A stretch of DNA of 64,000 nucleotides from Eledone cirrhosa. Its lineage: Eukaryota. Of this stretch, positions 50,562-64,000 are shown one piece after another. The notes beneath the pieces are model-generated. The model saw only the letters and a list, made by a program, of their open reading frames with translations. It did no database searches and was not told the origin of the DNA. Numbering within the stretch: position 1 is the stretch's first letter; every line of letters starts with the position of its first letter. A program made the position numbers and the translations under genes. The stretch is from the NCBI GenBank assembly GCA_964016885.1, contig OZ024744.1, positions 34,348,001-34,412,000 of the forward strand. The letters run 5' to 3'.

Positions 50562-53500
50562 GCTGGGTGGGTGCCTTTTGTTGTGAGGCCTACATAACCA
50601 CTTTACAGTGTGGTCTGGGTGCATTTTGTTGTAACGCCGACATGACCATTTTACAGTGTGGACTGGGTTCCTTTTGTTGTGATGCCAACATGACCACATT
50701 ACAGTGTGGGCTGGGTGCCTTTTGTTGTGACGCCGACATGACCACTTTACAGTGTGGACTGGGTGCCTTTTGTTGTGACGCCGACATGACCACTTTACTG
50801 TATGGACTGGGTGCCTTTTGTTGTGACGCCGACATGACCACTTTACAGTGTGGACTGGGTGCCTTTTGTTGTGGCACCGACATGAACACTTTACTGTATG
50901 GACTGGGTGCCTTTTGTTGTGACGCCGACATGACCGCTTTACAGTGTGGACTGGGTGCCTTTTGTTGTGACACCGACATGACCACTTTACAGTGTGGACT
51001 GGGTGCCTTTTGTTGTGACACCGACATAACCACTTTACATGCTGGACTGGGTGCCTTTTGTTGTGACGCAGACATGACCACTTTACAGTGTGGACTGGGT
51101 GCCTTTTGTTGTGACACCGACATGAACAATTTACTGTATGGACTGGGTGCCTTTTGTTGTGACGCCGACATGACCACTTTACAGTGTGGACTGGGTGCCT
51201 TTTGTTGTGACACCGACATGACCACTTTACAGTGTGGACTGGGTGCCTTTTGTTGTGACACCGACATAACCACTTTACATGCTGGACTGGGTGCCTTTTG
51301 TTGTGACGCCGACATGACCACTTTACAGTGTGGACTGGGTGTCTTTTGTTGTGACACCGACATGACCACTTTACAGTGTGGACTGGGTGCCTTTTGTTGT
51401 GACACCGACATAACCACTTTACAGTGTGGCTGGGGTGCCTTTTGTTGTGGCGCCGACATGACCACTTTACAGTGTGGACTGGGTGCCTTTTGTTGTGCGC
51501 GCCATGAACACTTTACAGTGTGGTCTGCGTGCCTTTTATTGTGACACCTACATGACCAATTTACAGTGTCGAATGGGTGCCTTTTGTTGTGACGCCGACA
51601 TGAAAACTTGACAGTATTGACTGGGTGCCTTTTGTTGTAACGCCGGCATGACCACTTTACAGTGTGGTCTGGGCGCCTTTTGTTGTGACACCTATATGAC
51701 CATTTTACAGTGTCCTATGGGTGCCTTTTGTTGTGACGCCGACATGACCACTTTACTGTATGGTCTGGGTGCCTTATGTTGTGACTCCGACATGAACACT
51801 TTACAGTGTGGGCTGGGTGCCTTTTGTTGTGAGGCCGACATAACCACTTTACAGTGTGGCCTGGGTGACTATTGTTGTGACGCCAACATGACCACTTTAC
51901 AGCGTGGACTGGGTGCCTTTTGTTGTGACGCCGACATGAACACTTTACAGTATGGACTGGGTGCTTTTTGTTGTGACGCCGATATGACCACTTTACAGTA
52001 TGGACCGGGTGTTTTTTATTGTGGCGCCGACATGACCACTTGACAGTATGGACTGCTTGCCTTAGTTGTAACGCCGACATGACCATTTTACAGTGTGGAC
52101 TGGGTGCCTTTTGTTGTGACACCTACATGACCACTTTACAGTGTCGTATGGGTGCCTTTTGTTGTGACGCCGACATGACCACTTTACTGTATGGACTGGG
52201 TGCCTTATGTTGTGACTCCGACATGAACACTTTACAGTGTGGGCTGGGTGCCTTTTGTTGTGAGGCCGACATGACCACTTTACAGTGTCGAATGGGTGCC
52301 TTTTGTTGTGGCGCCGACATGAACACTTTAGAGTATGGACTGGGTGCCTTTTGTTGTTACCCCGACATAACCACTTTACAGTGTGGCTGGGGTGCCTTTT
52401 GTTGTGACGCCGACATGACCACTTTACAGTGTGGTATGGGTGCCTTTTGTTGTGCGCGCCATGAACACTTTACAGTGTGGTCTGCGTGCCTTTTGTTGTG
52501 ACACCTACATGACCAATTTACAGTGTCGAACGGGTGCCTTTCGTTGTGACGCCGACATGAAAACTTGACAGTATGGACTGGGTGCCTTTTGTTGTAACGC
52601 CGACATGACCACTTTACAGTGTGGACTGGGTGCCTTTTGTTGTGACGCCGACATAACCACTTTACTGTATGGACTGGGTGCCTTATGTTGTGACTCCGAC
52701 ATGAACACTTTACAGTGTGGGCTGGGTGCCTTTTGTTGTGACACCGACATGACCACATTACAGCGTGGGCTGGGTGTCTTTTGTTGTGACGCCGACATGA
52801 CCACTTTACAGTGTGGACTGGGTGTTTTTTCTTGTGAGCCGACATGACCACTTTACAGTGTGGACTGGGTGCCTCTTGTTGTGACGCCACATGACCACTT
52901 TACAGTGTGGACTGGGTGCTTTTGTTGTGACACCGACATGACCACTTTACAGTGTGGACTGGGTGCCTTTTGTTGTGACACCGACAGGACCACTTTACAG
53001 TGTGGACTGGGTGCCTTTTGTTGTGACACCGACATGAACACTTTACTGTATGGACTGGGTGCCTTTTGTTGTGACACCGACAGGACCACTTTACATGCTG
53101 GACTGGGTGCCTTTTGTTGTGACGCCGACATGACCACTTTACAGTGTGGACTGGGTGCCTTTTGTTGTGACACCGACATGACCACTTTACAGTGTGGACT
53201 GGGTGCCTTTTGTTGTGAGACCGACATGACCACTTTATATGCTGGACCGGGTGCCTTTTGTTGTGACGCCGACATGACCACTTTACACTGTGGACTGGGT
53301 GCCTTTTGTTGTGACACCGACATGAACACTTTACTGTATGGACTGGGTGCCTTTTGTTGTGACGCCGACATGACCACTTTACAGTGTGGACTGGGTGCCT
53401 TTTGTTGTGACACCGACATGACCACTTTACAGTGTGGTCTGGGTGCCTTTTGTTGTGACACCGACATAACCACTTTACATGCTGGACTGGGTCCCTTTTG

Positions 53501-56500
53501 TTGTGAAGCCGACATGACCACTTTACAGTGTGACTGGGTGTCTTTTGTTGTGACACCGACATGACCACTTTACAGTGTGGAATGGGTGCCTTTTGTTGTG
53601 ACGACGACATGACCACTTTACAGTGTGGACTGGGTGCCTTTTGTTGTGACACCGACATAACCACTTTACAGTGTGGCTGGGGTGCCTTTTGTTGTGACGC
53701 CGACATGACCACTTTACAGTGTGGACTGGGTACCTTTTGTTGTGCGCACCATGAACACTTTACAGCGTGGTCTGCGTGCCTTTTATTGTGACACCTACAT
53801 GACCAATTTACAGTGTCGAATGGGTGCCTTTTGTTGTGACGCCGACATGAAAACTTGACAGTATTGACTGGGTGCCTTTTGTTGTAACGCCGGCATGACC
53901 ACTTTACAGTGTGGACTGGGCGCCTTTTGTTGTGACACCTATATGACCATTTTACAGTGTCGTATGGGTGCCTTTTGTTGTGACGCCGACATGACCACTT
54001 TACTGTATGGACTGGGTGCCTTATGTTGTGACTCCGACATGAACACTTTACAGTGTGGGCTGGGTGCCTTTTGTTGTGAGGCCGACATAACCACTTTACA
54101 GTGTGGCCTGTGTGACTATTGTTGTGACTCCAACATGACCACTTTACAGCGTGGACTGGGTGCCTTTTTATGTGTCCGACATGAACACTTTACAGTATGG
54201 ACTGGGTGCTTTTTGTTGTGACGCCGATACGACCACTTTACAGTATGGACCGGGTGTTTTTTGTTGTAACGCCGACATGACCATTTTACAGTGTGGCCTG
54301 GGTGCCTTTTGTTGTTACGCCGACATGACCACTTTACTGTATGGACTGGGGGCCTTTTGTTGTGAGGCCGACATGACCACATTACAGTGTGGGCTGGGTG
54401 CCTTTTGTTGTGACGCCGACATGACCACTTTACAGTGTGGACTGGGTGTTATTTCTTGTGAGCCGAAATGACCACTTTACAGTGTGGACTGGGTGCCTCT
54501 TGTTGTGACGCCACATGACCACTTTACAGTGTGGGCTGGGTGCTTTTGTTGTGACACCTACATGACCACTTTACAGTGTCGAATGCGTGCCTTTTGTTGT
54601 GAGGCCGACATGAACACTTTAGAGTATGGACTGGGTGCCTTTTGTTGTGGGGCCGACATGACCACTTTACAGTGTGGAATGGGTGCCTTTTGTTGTGCGC
54701 GCCATAAACACTTTACAGTGTGGACTGGGTGCCTTATGTTGTGACTCCGACATGAACACTTTACAGTGTGGGCTGGGTGCCTTTTGTTGTGAGGCCTACA
54801 TAACCACTTTACAGTGTGGTCTGGGTGCATTTTGTTGTAACGCCGACATGACCATTTTACAGTGTGGACTGGGTTCCTTTTGTTGTGACGCCAACATGAC
54901 CACATTACAGTGTGGGCTGGGTGCCTCTTGTTGTGACGCCGACATAACCACTTTACAGTGTGGACTGGGTGTTTTTTCTCGTGAGCCGACATGACCACTT
55001 TACAGTGTGGAGTGGGTGCCTCTTGTTGTGACACCACATGACCACTTTACAGTATGGACTGGGCGCCTTTTGTTGTAACGCCGGCATGACCACTTTACAG
55101 TGTGGACTGGGCGCCTTTTGTTGTGACACCTATATGACCATTTTACAGTGTCGTATGGGTGCCTTTTGTTGTGACGCCGACATGACCACTTTACTGTATG
55201 GATTGGGTGCCTTATGTTGTGACTCCAACATGAACACTTTACAGTTTGGGCTGGGTGCCTTTTGTTGTGACGCCGACATGACCACTTTACAGTGTGGACT
55301 GGGTGCTTTTGTTGTGACACCTACATGACCACTTTACAGTGTCGAATGGGTGCCTTTTGTTGTGGCGCCGACATGAACACTTTAGAGTATGGACTGGGTG
55401 CCTTTTGTTGTTACCCCGACATGACCACTTTACTGTATGGACTGGGTGTCTTATGTTGTGACGCCGACATGACCACTTTACAGTGTGGGCTGGGTGCCTT
55501 TTGTTGTGACACCGACATAACCACTTTACAGTGTGGACTGGGCGCCTTTTGTTGTGACACCTACATGACCAACTTACAGTGTCGAACGGGTGCCTTTCGT
55601 TGTGACGCCGACATGAAAACTTGACAGTATGGACTGGGTGCCTTTTGTTGTAACGCCGACATGACCACTTTACAGTGTGGACTGGGTGCCTTTTGTTGTG
55701 ACGCCGACATAACCACTTTACTGTATGGACTGGGTGCCTTATGTTGTGACTCCGACATGAACACTTTACAGTGTGGGCTGGGTGCCTTTTGTTGTGACAC
55801 CGACATGACCACTTTACATGCTGGACTGGGTGCCTTTTGTTGTGACGCCGACATGACCACTTTACAGTGTGGACTGGGTGCCTTTTGTTGTGACACCGAC
55901 ATGACCACTTTACAGTGTGGACTGGGTGCCTTTTGTTGTGAGACCGACATGACCACTTTATATGCTGGACCGGGTGCCTTTTGTTGTGACGCCGACATGA
56001 CCACTTTACACTGTGGACTGGGTGCCTTTTGTTGTGACACCGACATGAACACTTTACTGTATGGACTGGGTGCCTTTTGTTGTGACGCCGACATGACCAC
56101 TTTACAGTGTGGACTGGGTGCCTTTTGTTGTGACACCGACATGACCACTTTACAGTGTGGTCTGGGTGCCTTTTGTTGTGACACCGACATAACCACTTTA
56201 CATGCTGGACTGGGTCCCTTTTGTTGTGAAGCCGACATGACCACTTTACAGTGTGACTGGGTGTCTTTTGTTGTGACACCGACATGACCACTTTACAGTG
56301 TGGAATGGGTGCCTTATGTTGTGACTCCGACATGAACACTTTACAGTGTGGGCTGGGTGCCTTTTGTTGTGAGGCCTACATAACCACTTTACAGTGTGGT
56401 CTGGGTGCATTTTGTTGTAACGCCGACATGACCATTTTACAGTGTGGACTGGGTTCCTTTTGTTGTGACGCCAACATGACCACATTACAGTGTGGGCTGG

Positions 56501-59500
56501 GTGCCTCTTGTTGTGACGCCGACATAACCACTTTACAGTGTGGACTGGGTGTTTTTTCTCGTGAGCCGACATGACCACTTTACAGTGTGGAGTGGGTGCC
56601 TCTTGTTGTGACACCACATGACCACTTTACAGTATGGACTGGGCGCCTTTTGTTGTAACGCCGGCATGACCACTTTACAGTGTGGACTGGGCGCCTTTTG
56701 TTGTGACACCTATATGACCATTTTACAGTGTCGTATGGGTGCCTTTTGTTGTGACGCCGACATGACCACTTTACTGTATGGATTGGGTGCCTTATGTTGT
56801 GACTCCAACATGAACACTTTACAGTTTGGGCTGGGTGCCTTTTGTTGTGACGCCGACATGACCACTTTACAGTGTGGACTGGGTGCTTTTGTTGTGACAC
56901 CTACATGACCACTTTACAGTGTCGAATGGGTGCCTTTTGTTGTGGCGCCGACATGAACACTTTAGAGTATGGACTGGGTGCCTTTTGTTGTTACCCCGAC
57001 ATGACCACTTTACTGTATGGACTGGGTGTCTTATGTTGTGACGCCGACATGACCACTTTACAGTGTGGGCTGGGTGCCTTTTGTTGTGACACCGACATAA
57101 CCACTTTACAGTGTGGACTGGGCGCCTTTTGTTGTGACACCTACATGACCAACTTACAGTGTCGAACGGGTGCCTTTCGTTGTGACGCCGACATGAAAAC
57201 TTGACAGTATGGACTGGGTGCCTTTTGTTGTAACGCCGACATGACCACTTTACAGTGTGGACTGGGTGCCTTTTGTTGTGACGCCGACATAACCACTTTA
57301 CTGTATGGACTGGGTGCCTTATGTTGTGACTCCGACATGAACACTTTACAGTGTGGGCTGGGTGCCTTTTGTTGTGACACCGACATGACCACTTTACATG
57401 CTGGACTGGGTGCCTTTTGTTGTGACGCCGACATGACCACTTTACAGTGTGGACTGGGTGCCTTTTGTTGTGACACCGACATGACCACTTTACAGTGTGG
57501 ACTGGGTGCCTTTTGTTGTGAGACCGACATGACCACTTTATATGCTGGACCGGGTGCCTTTTGTTGTGACGCCGACATGACCACTTTACACTGTGGACTG
57601 GGTGCCTTTTGTTGTGACACCGACATGAACACTTTACTGTATGGACTGGGTGCCTTTTGTTGTGACGCCGACATGACCACTTTACAGTGTGGACTGGGTG
57701 CCTTTTGTTGTGACACCGACATGACCACTTTACAGTGTGGTCTGGGTGCCTTTTGTTGTGACACCGACATAACCACTTTACATGCTGGACTGGGTCCCTT
57801 TTGTTGTGAAGCCGACATGACCACTTTACAGTGTGACTGGGTGTCTTTTGTTGTGACACCGACATGACCACTTTACAGTGTGGAATGGGTGCCTTTTGTT
57901 GTGACGACGACATGACCACTTTACAGTGTGGACTGGGTGCCTTTTGTTGTGACACCGACATAACCACTTTACAGTGTGGCTGGGGTGCCTTTTGTTGTGA
58001 CGCCGACATGACCACTTTACAGTGTGGACTGGGTACCTTTTGTTGTGCGCACCATGAACACTTTACAGCGTGGTCTGCGTGCCTTTTATTGTGACACCTA
58101 CATGACCAATTTACAGTGTCGAATGGGTGCCTTTTGTTGTGACGCCGACATGAAAACTTGACAGTATTGACTGGGTGCCTTTTGTTGTAACGCCGGCATG
58201 ACCACTTTACAGTGTGGACTGGGCGCCTTTTGTTGTGACACCTATATGACCATTTTACAGTGTCGTATGGGTGCCTTTTGTTGTGACGCCGACATGACCA
58301 CTTTACTGTATGGACTGGGTGCCTTATGTTGTGACTCCGACATGAACACTTTACAGTGTGGGCTGGGTGCCTTTTGTTGTGAGGCCGACATAACCACTTT
58401 ACAGTGTGGCCTGTGTGACTATTGTTGTGACTCCAACATGACCACTTTACAGCGTGGACTGGGTGCCTTTTTATGTGTCCGACATGAACACTTTACAGTA
58501 TGGACTGGGTGCTTTTTGTTGTGACGCCGATACGACCACTTTACAGTATGGACCGGGTGTTTTTTGTTGTAACGCCGACATGACCATTTTACAGTGTGGC
58601 CTGGGTGCCTTTTGTTGTTACGCCGACATGACCACTTTACTGTATGGACTGGGGGCCTTTTGTTGTGAGGCCGACATGACCACATTACAGTGTGGGCTGG
58701 GTGCCTTTTGTTGTGACGCCGACATGACCACTTTACAGTGTGGACTGGGTGTTATTTCTTGTGAGCCGAAATGACCACTTTACAGTGTGGACTGGGTGCC
58801 TCTTGTTGTGACGCCACATGACCACTTTACAGTGTGGGCTGGGTGCTTTTGTTGTGACACCTACATGACCACTTTACAGTGTCGAATGCGTGCCTTTTGT
58901 TGTGAGGCCGACATGAACACTTTAGAGTATGGACTGGGTGCCTTTTGTTGTGGGGCCGACATGACCACTTTACAGTGTGGAATGGGTGCCTTTTGTTGTG
59001 CGCGCCATAAACACTTTACAGTGTGGACTGGGTGCCTTATGTTGTGACTCCGACATGAACACTTTACAGTGTGGGCTGGGTGCCTTTTGTTGTGAGGCCT
59101 ACATAACCACTTTACAGTGTGGTCTGGGTGCATTTTGTTGTAACGCCGACATGACCATTTTACAGTGTGGACTGGGTTCCTTTTGTTGTGACGCCAACAT
59201 GACCACATTACAGTGTGGGCTGGGTGCCTCTTGTTGTGACGCCGACATAACCACTTTACAGTGTGGACTGGGTGTTTTTTCTCGTGAGCCGACATGACCA
59301 CTTTACAGTGTGGAGTGGGTGCCTCTTGTTGTGACACCACATGACCACTTTACAGTATGGACTGGGCGCCTTTTGTTGTAACGCCGGCATGACCACTTTA
59401 CAGTGTGGACTGGGCGCCTTTTGTTGTGACACCTATATGACCATTTTACAGTGTCGTATGGGTGCCTTTTGTTGTGACGCCGACATGACCACTTTACTGT

Positions 59501-62500
59501 ATGGATTGGGTGCCTTATGTTGTGACTCCAACATGAACACTTTACAGTTTGGGCTGGGTGCCTTTTGTTGTGACGCCGACATGACCACTTTACAGTGTGG
59601 ACTGGGTGCTTTTGTTGTGACACCTACATGACCACTTTACAGTGTCGAATGGGTGCCTTTTGTTGTGGCGCCGACATGAACACTTTAGAGTATGGACTGG
59701 GTGCCTTTTGTTGTTACCCCGACATGACCACTTTACTGTATGGACTGGGTGTCTTATGTTGTGACGCCGACATGACCACTTTACAGTGTGGGCTGGGTGC
59801 CTTTTGTTGTGACACCGACATAACCACTTTACAGTGTGGACTGGGCGCCTTTTGTTGTGACACCTACATGACCAACTTACAGTGTCGAACGGGTGACTTT
59901 CGTTGTGACGCCGACATGAAAACTTGACAGTATGGACTGGGTGCCTTTTGTTGTAACGCCGACATGACCACTTTACAGTGTGGACTGGGTGCCTTTTGTT
60001 GTGACGCCGACATAACCACTTTACTGTATGGACTGGGTGCCTTATGTTGTGACTCCGACATGAACACTTTACAGTGTGGGCTGGGTGCCTTTTGTTGTGA
60101 CACCGACATGACCACTTTACATGCTGGACTGGGTGCCTTTTGTTGTGACGCCGACATGACCACTTTACAGTGTGGACTGGGTGCCTTTTGTTGTGACACC
60201 GACATGACCACTTTACAGTGTGGACTGGGTGCCTTTTGTTGTGAGACCGACATGACCACTTTATATGCTGGACCGGGTGCCTTTTGTTGTGACGCCGACA
60301 TGACCACTTTACACTGTGGACTGGGTGCCTTTTGTTGTGACACCGACATGAACACTTTACTGTATGGACTGGGTGCCTTTTGTTGTGACGCCGACATGAC
60401 CACTTTACAGTGTGGACTGGGTGCCTTTTGTTGTGACACCGACATGACCACTTTACAGTGTGGTCTGGGTGCCTTTTGTTGTGACACCGACATAACCACT
60501 TTACATGCTGGACTGGGTCCCTTTTGTTGTGAAGCCGACATGACCACTTTACAGTGTGACTGGGTGTCTTTTGTTGTGACACCGACATGACCACTTTACA
60601 GTGTGGAATGGGTGCCTTATGTTGTGACTCCGACATGAACACTTTACAGTGTGGGCTGGGTGCCTTTTGTTGTGAGGCCTACATAACCACTTTACAGTGT
60701 GGTCTGGGTGCATTTTGTTGTAACGCCGACATGACCATTTTACAGTGTGGACTGGGTTCCTTTTGTTGTGACGCCAACATGACCACATTACAGTGTGGGC
60801 TGGGTGCCTCTTGTTGTGACGCCGACATAACCACTTTACAGTGTGGACTGGGTGTTTTTTCTCGTGAGCCGACATGACCACTTTACAGTGTGGAGTGGGT
60901 GCCTCTTGTTGTGACACCACATGACCACTTTACAGTATGGACTGGGCGCCTTTTGTTGTAACGCCGGCATGACCACTTTACAGTGTGGACTGGGCGCCTT
61001 TTGTTGTGACACCTATATGACCATTTTACAGTGTCGTATGGGTGCCTTTTGTTGTGACGCCGACATGACCACTTTACTGTATGGATTGGGTGCCTTATGT
61101 TGTGACTCCAACATGAACACTTTACAGTTTGGGCTGGGTGCCTTTTGTTGTGACGCCGACATGACCACTTTACAGTGTGGACTGGGTGCTTTTGTTGTGA
61201 CACCTACATGACCACTTTACAGTGTCGAATGGGTGCCTTTTGTTGTGGCGCCGACATGAACACTTTAGAGTATGGACTGGGTGCCTTTTGTTGTTACCCC
61301 GACATGACCACTTTACTGTATGGACTGGGTGTCTTATGTTGTGACGCCGACATGACCACTTTACAGTGTGGGCTGGGTGCCTTTTGTTGTGACACCGACA
61401 TAACCACTTTACAGTGTGGACTGGGCGCCTTTTGTTGTGACACCTACATGACCAACTTACAGTGTCGAACGGGTGCCTTTCGTTGTGACGCCGACATGAA
61501 AACTTGACAGTATGGACTGGGTGCCTTTTGTTGTAACGCCGACATGACCACTTTACAGTGTGGACTGGGTGCCTTTTGTTGTGACGCCGACATAACCACT
61601 TTACTGTATGGACTGGGTGCCTTATGTTGTGACTCCGACATGAACACTTTACAGTGTGGGCTGGGTGCCTTTTGTTGTGACACCGACATGACCACTTTAC
61701 ATGCTGGACTGGGTGCCTTTTGTTGTGACGCCGACATGACCACTTTACAGTGTGGACTGGGTGCCTTTTGTTGTGACACCGACATGACCACTTTACAGTG
61801 TGGACTGGGTGCCTTTTGTTGTGAGACCGACATGACCACTTTATATGCTGGACCGGGTGCCTTTTGTTGTGACGCCGACATGACCACTTTACACTGTGGA
61901 CTGGGTGCCTTTTGTTGTGACACCGACATGAACACTTTACTGTATGGACTGGGTGCCTTTTGTTGTGACGCCGACATGACCACTTTACAGTGTGGACTGG
62001 GTGCCTTTTGTTGTGACACCGACATGACCACTTTACAGTGTGGTCTGGGTGCCTTTTGTTGTGACACCGACATAACCACTTTACATGCTGGACTGGGTCC
62101 CTTTTGTTGTGAAGCCGACATGACCACTTTACAGTGTGACTGGGTGTCTTTTGTTGTGACACCGACATGACCACTTTACAGTGTGGAATGGGTGCCTTTT
62201 GTTGTGACGACGACATGACCACTTTACAGTGTGGACTGGGTGCCTTTTGTTGTGACACCGACATAACCACTTTACAGTGTGGCTGGGGTGCCTTTTGTTG
62301 TGACGCCGACATGACCACTTTACAGTGTGGACTGGGTACCTTTTGTTGTGCGCACCATGAACACTTTACAGCGTGGTCTGCGTGCCTTTTATTGTGACAC
62401 CTACATGACCAATTTACAGTGTCGAATGGGTGCCTTTTGTTGTGACGCCGACATGAAAACTTGACAGTATTGACTGGGTGCCTTTTGTTGTAACGCCGGC

Positions 62501-64000
62501 ATGACCACTTTACAGTGTGGACTGGGCGCCTTTTGTTGTGACACCTATATGACCATTTTACAGTGTCGTATGGGTGCCTTTTGTTGTGACGCCGACATGA
62601 CCACTTTACTGTATGGACTGGGTGCCTTATGTTGTGACTCCGACATGAACACTTTACAGTGTGGGCTGGGTGCCTTTTGTTGTGAGGCCGACATAACCAC
62701 TTTACAGTGTGGCCTGTGTGACTATTGTTGTGACTCCAACATGACCACTTTACAGCGTGGACTGGGTGCCTTTTTATGTGTCCGACATGAACACTTTACA
62801 GTATGGACTGGGTGCTTTTTGTTGTGACGCCGATACGACCACTTTACAGTATGGACCGGGTGTTTTTTGTTGTAACGCCGACATGACCATTTTACAGTGT
62901 GGCCTGGGTGCCTTTTGTTGTTACGCCGACATGACCACTTTACTGTATGGACTGGGGGCCTTTTGTTGTGAGGCCGACATGACCACATTACAGTGTGGGC
63001 TGGGTGCCTTTTGTTGTGACGCCGACATGACCACTTTACAGTGTGGACTGGGTGTTATTTCTTGTGAGCCGAAATGACCACTTTACAGTGTGGACTGGGT
63101 GCCTCTTGTTGTGACGCCACATGACCACTTTACAGTGTGGGCTGGGTGCTTTTGTTGTGACACCTACATGACCACTTTACAGTGTCGAATGCGTGCCTTT
63201 TGTTGTGAGGCCGACATGAACACTTTAGAGTATGGACTGGGTGCCTTTTGTTGTGGGGCCGACATGACCACTTTACAGTGTGGAATGGGTGCCTTTTGTT
63301 GTGCGCGCCATAAACACTTTACAGTGTGGACTGGGTGCCTTATGTTGTGACTCCGACATGAACACTTTACAGTGTGGGCTGGGTGCCTTTTGTTGTGAGG
63401 CCTACATAACCACTTTACAGTGTGGTCTGGGTGCATTTTGTTGTAACGCCGACATGACCATTTTACAGTGTGGACTGGGTTCCTTTTGTTGTGACGCCAA
63501 CATGACCACATTACAGTGTGGGCTGGGTGCCTCTTGTTGTGACGCCGACATAACCACTTTACAGTGTGGACTGGGTGTTTTTTCTCGTGAGCCGACATGA
63601 CCACTTTACAGTGTGGAGTGGGTGCCTCTTGTTGTGACACCACATGACCACTTTACAGTATGGACTGGGCGCCTTTTGTTGTAACGCCGGCATGACCACT
63701 TTACAGTGTGGACTGGGCGCCTTTTGTTGTGACACCTATATGACCATTTTACAGTGTCGTATGGGTGCCTTTTGTTGTGACGCCGACATGACCACTTTAC
63801 TGTATGGATTGGGTGCCTTATGTTGTGACTCCAACATGAACACTTTACAGTTTGGGCTGGGTGCCTTTTGTTGTGACGCCGACATGACCACTTTACAGTG
63901 TGGACTGGGTGCTTTTGTTGTGACACCTACATGACCACTTTACAGTGTCGAATGGGTGCCTTTTGTTGTGGCGCCGACATGAACACTTTAGAGTATGGAC
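50562..64000. repeat. 48-bp satellite with higher-order repeats of 1580 bp and 4303 bp
   Basis: Consensus gactgggtgccttttgttgtgacgccgacatgaccactttacagtgtg. Identical ORF-track patterns recur at +4303 (53561/57864/62167) and +1580 (55000/56580). Confidence 0.97.

Noticed and set aside
50567-63934. Cys-rich 16-aa repeat ORFs (MTTLQCGLGAFCCDAD) resembling metallothionein or zinc-finger proteins
   Set aside because: They arise because 48 is a multiple of 3. Several frames on both strands are open, frameshifts and stops are frequent, and there is no C2H2 spacing.
50562-64000. CRISPR array or RSS-like (heptamer-22-nonamer) reading of the 48-mer
   Set aside because: There are no unique spacers and no cas genes. 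The RSS resemblance (cactgta..acaaaaggc) is weak, with no RAG/Transib gene, and is likely chance.

Overview
This window is gene-free, repeat-saturated eukaryotic DNA. The SINE type and repeat mix suggest an octopod cephalopod, which is an inference. No intact host gene is visible. It contains: (i) a cluster of non-LTR retrotransposons (three R4/Dong-clade RLE copies and L1/Tx1 copies) nested in (AAT)n at 1-7.7 kb; (ii) Penelope-like element (PLE) remnants with RT and GIY-YIG domains; (iii) CRE, RTE, Helitron and mariner relics, tRNA-derived SINEs and microsatellites; (iv) a ~575-624 bp tandem array of ~10.5 units at 27.45-33.73 kb; and (v) a 48-bp satellite with 1580-bp and 4303-bp higher-order repeats from 50.56 kb to the window end. 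The main hidden signal is RNA structure. Reading both strands by hand shows an unusual density of type-I hammerhead ribozyme (HHR) folds, many with non-canonical cores (compensatory U3-A8, A4, mismatched 10.1-11.1 pair). Complete monomers of the ~600-bp array carry one HHR-like fold on the minus strand, which makes the array look like a large retrozyme-type element. All ribozyme calls were folded by eye and need covariance-model searches and cleavage assays.
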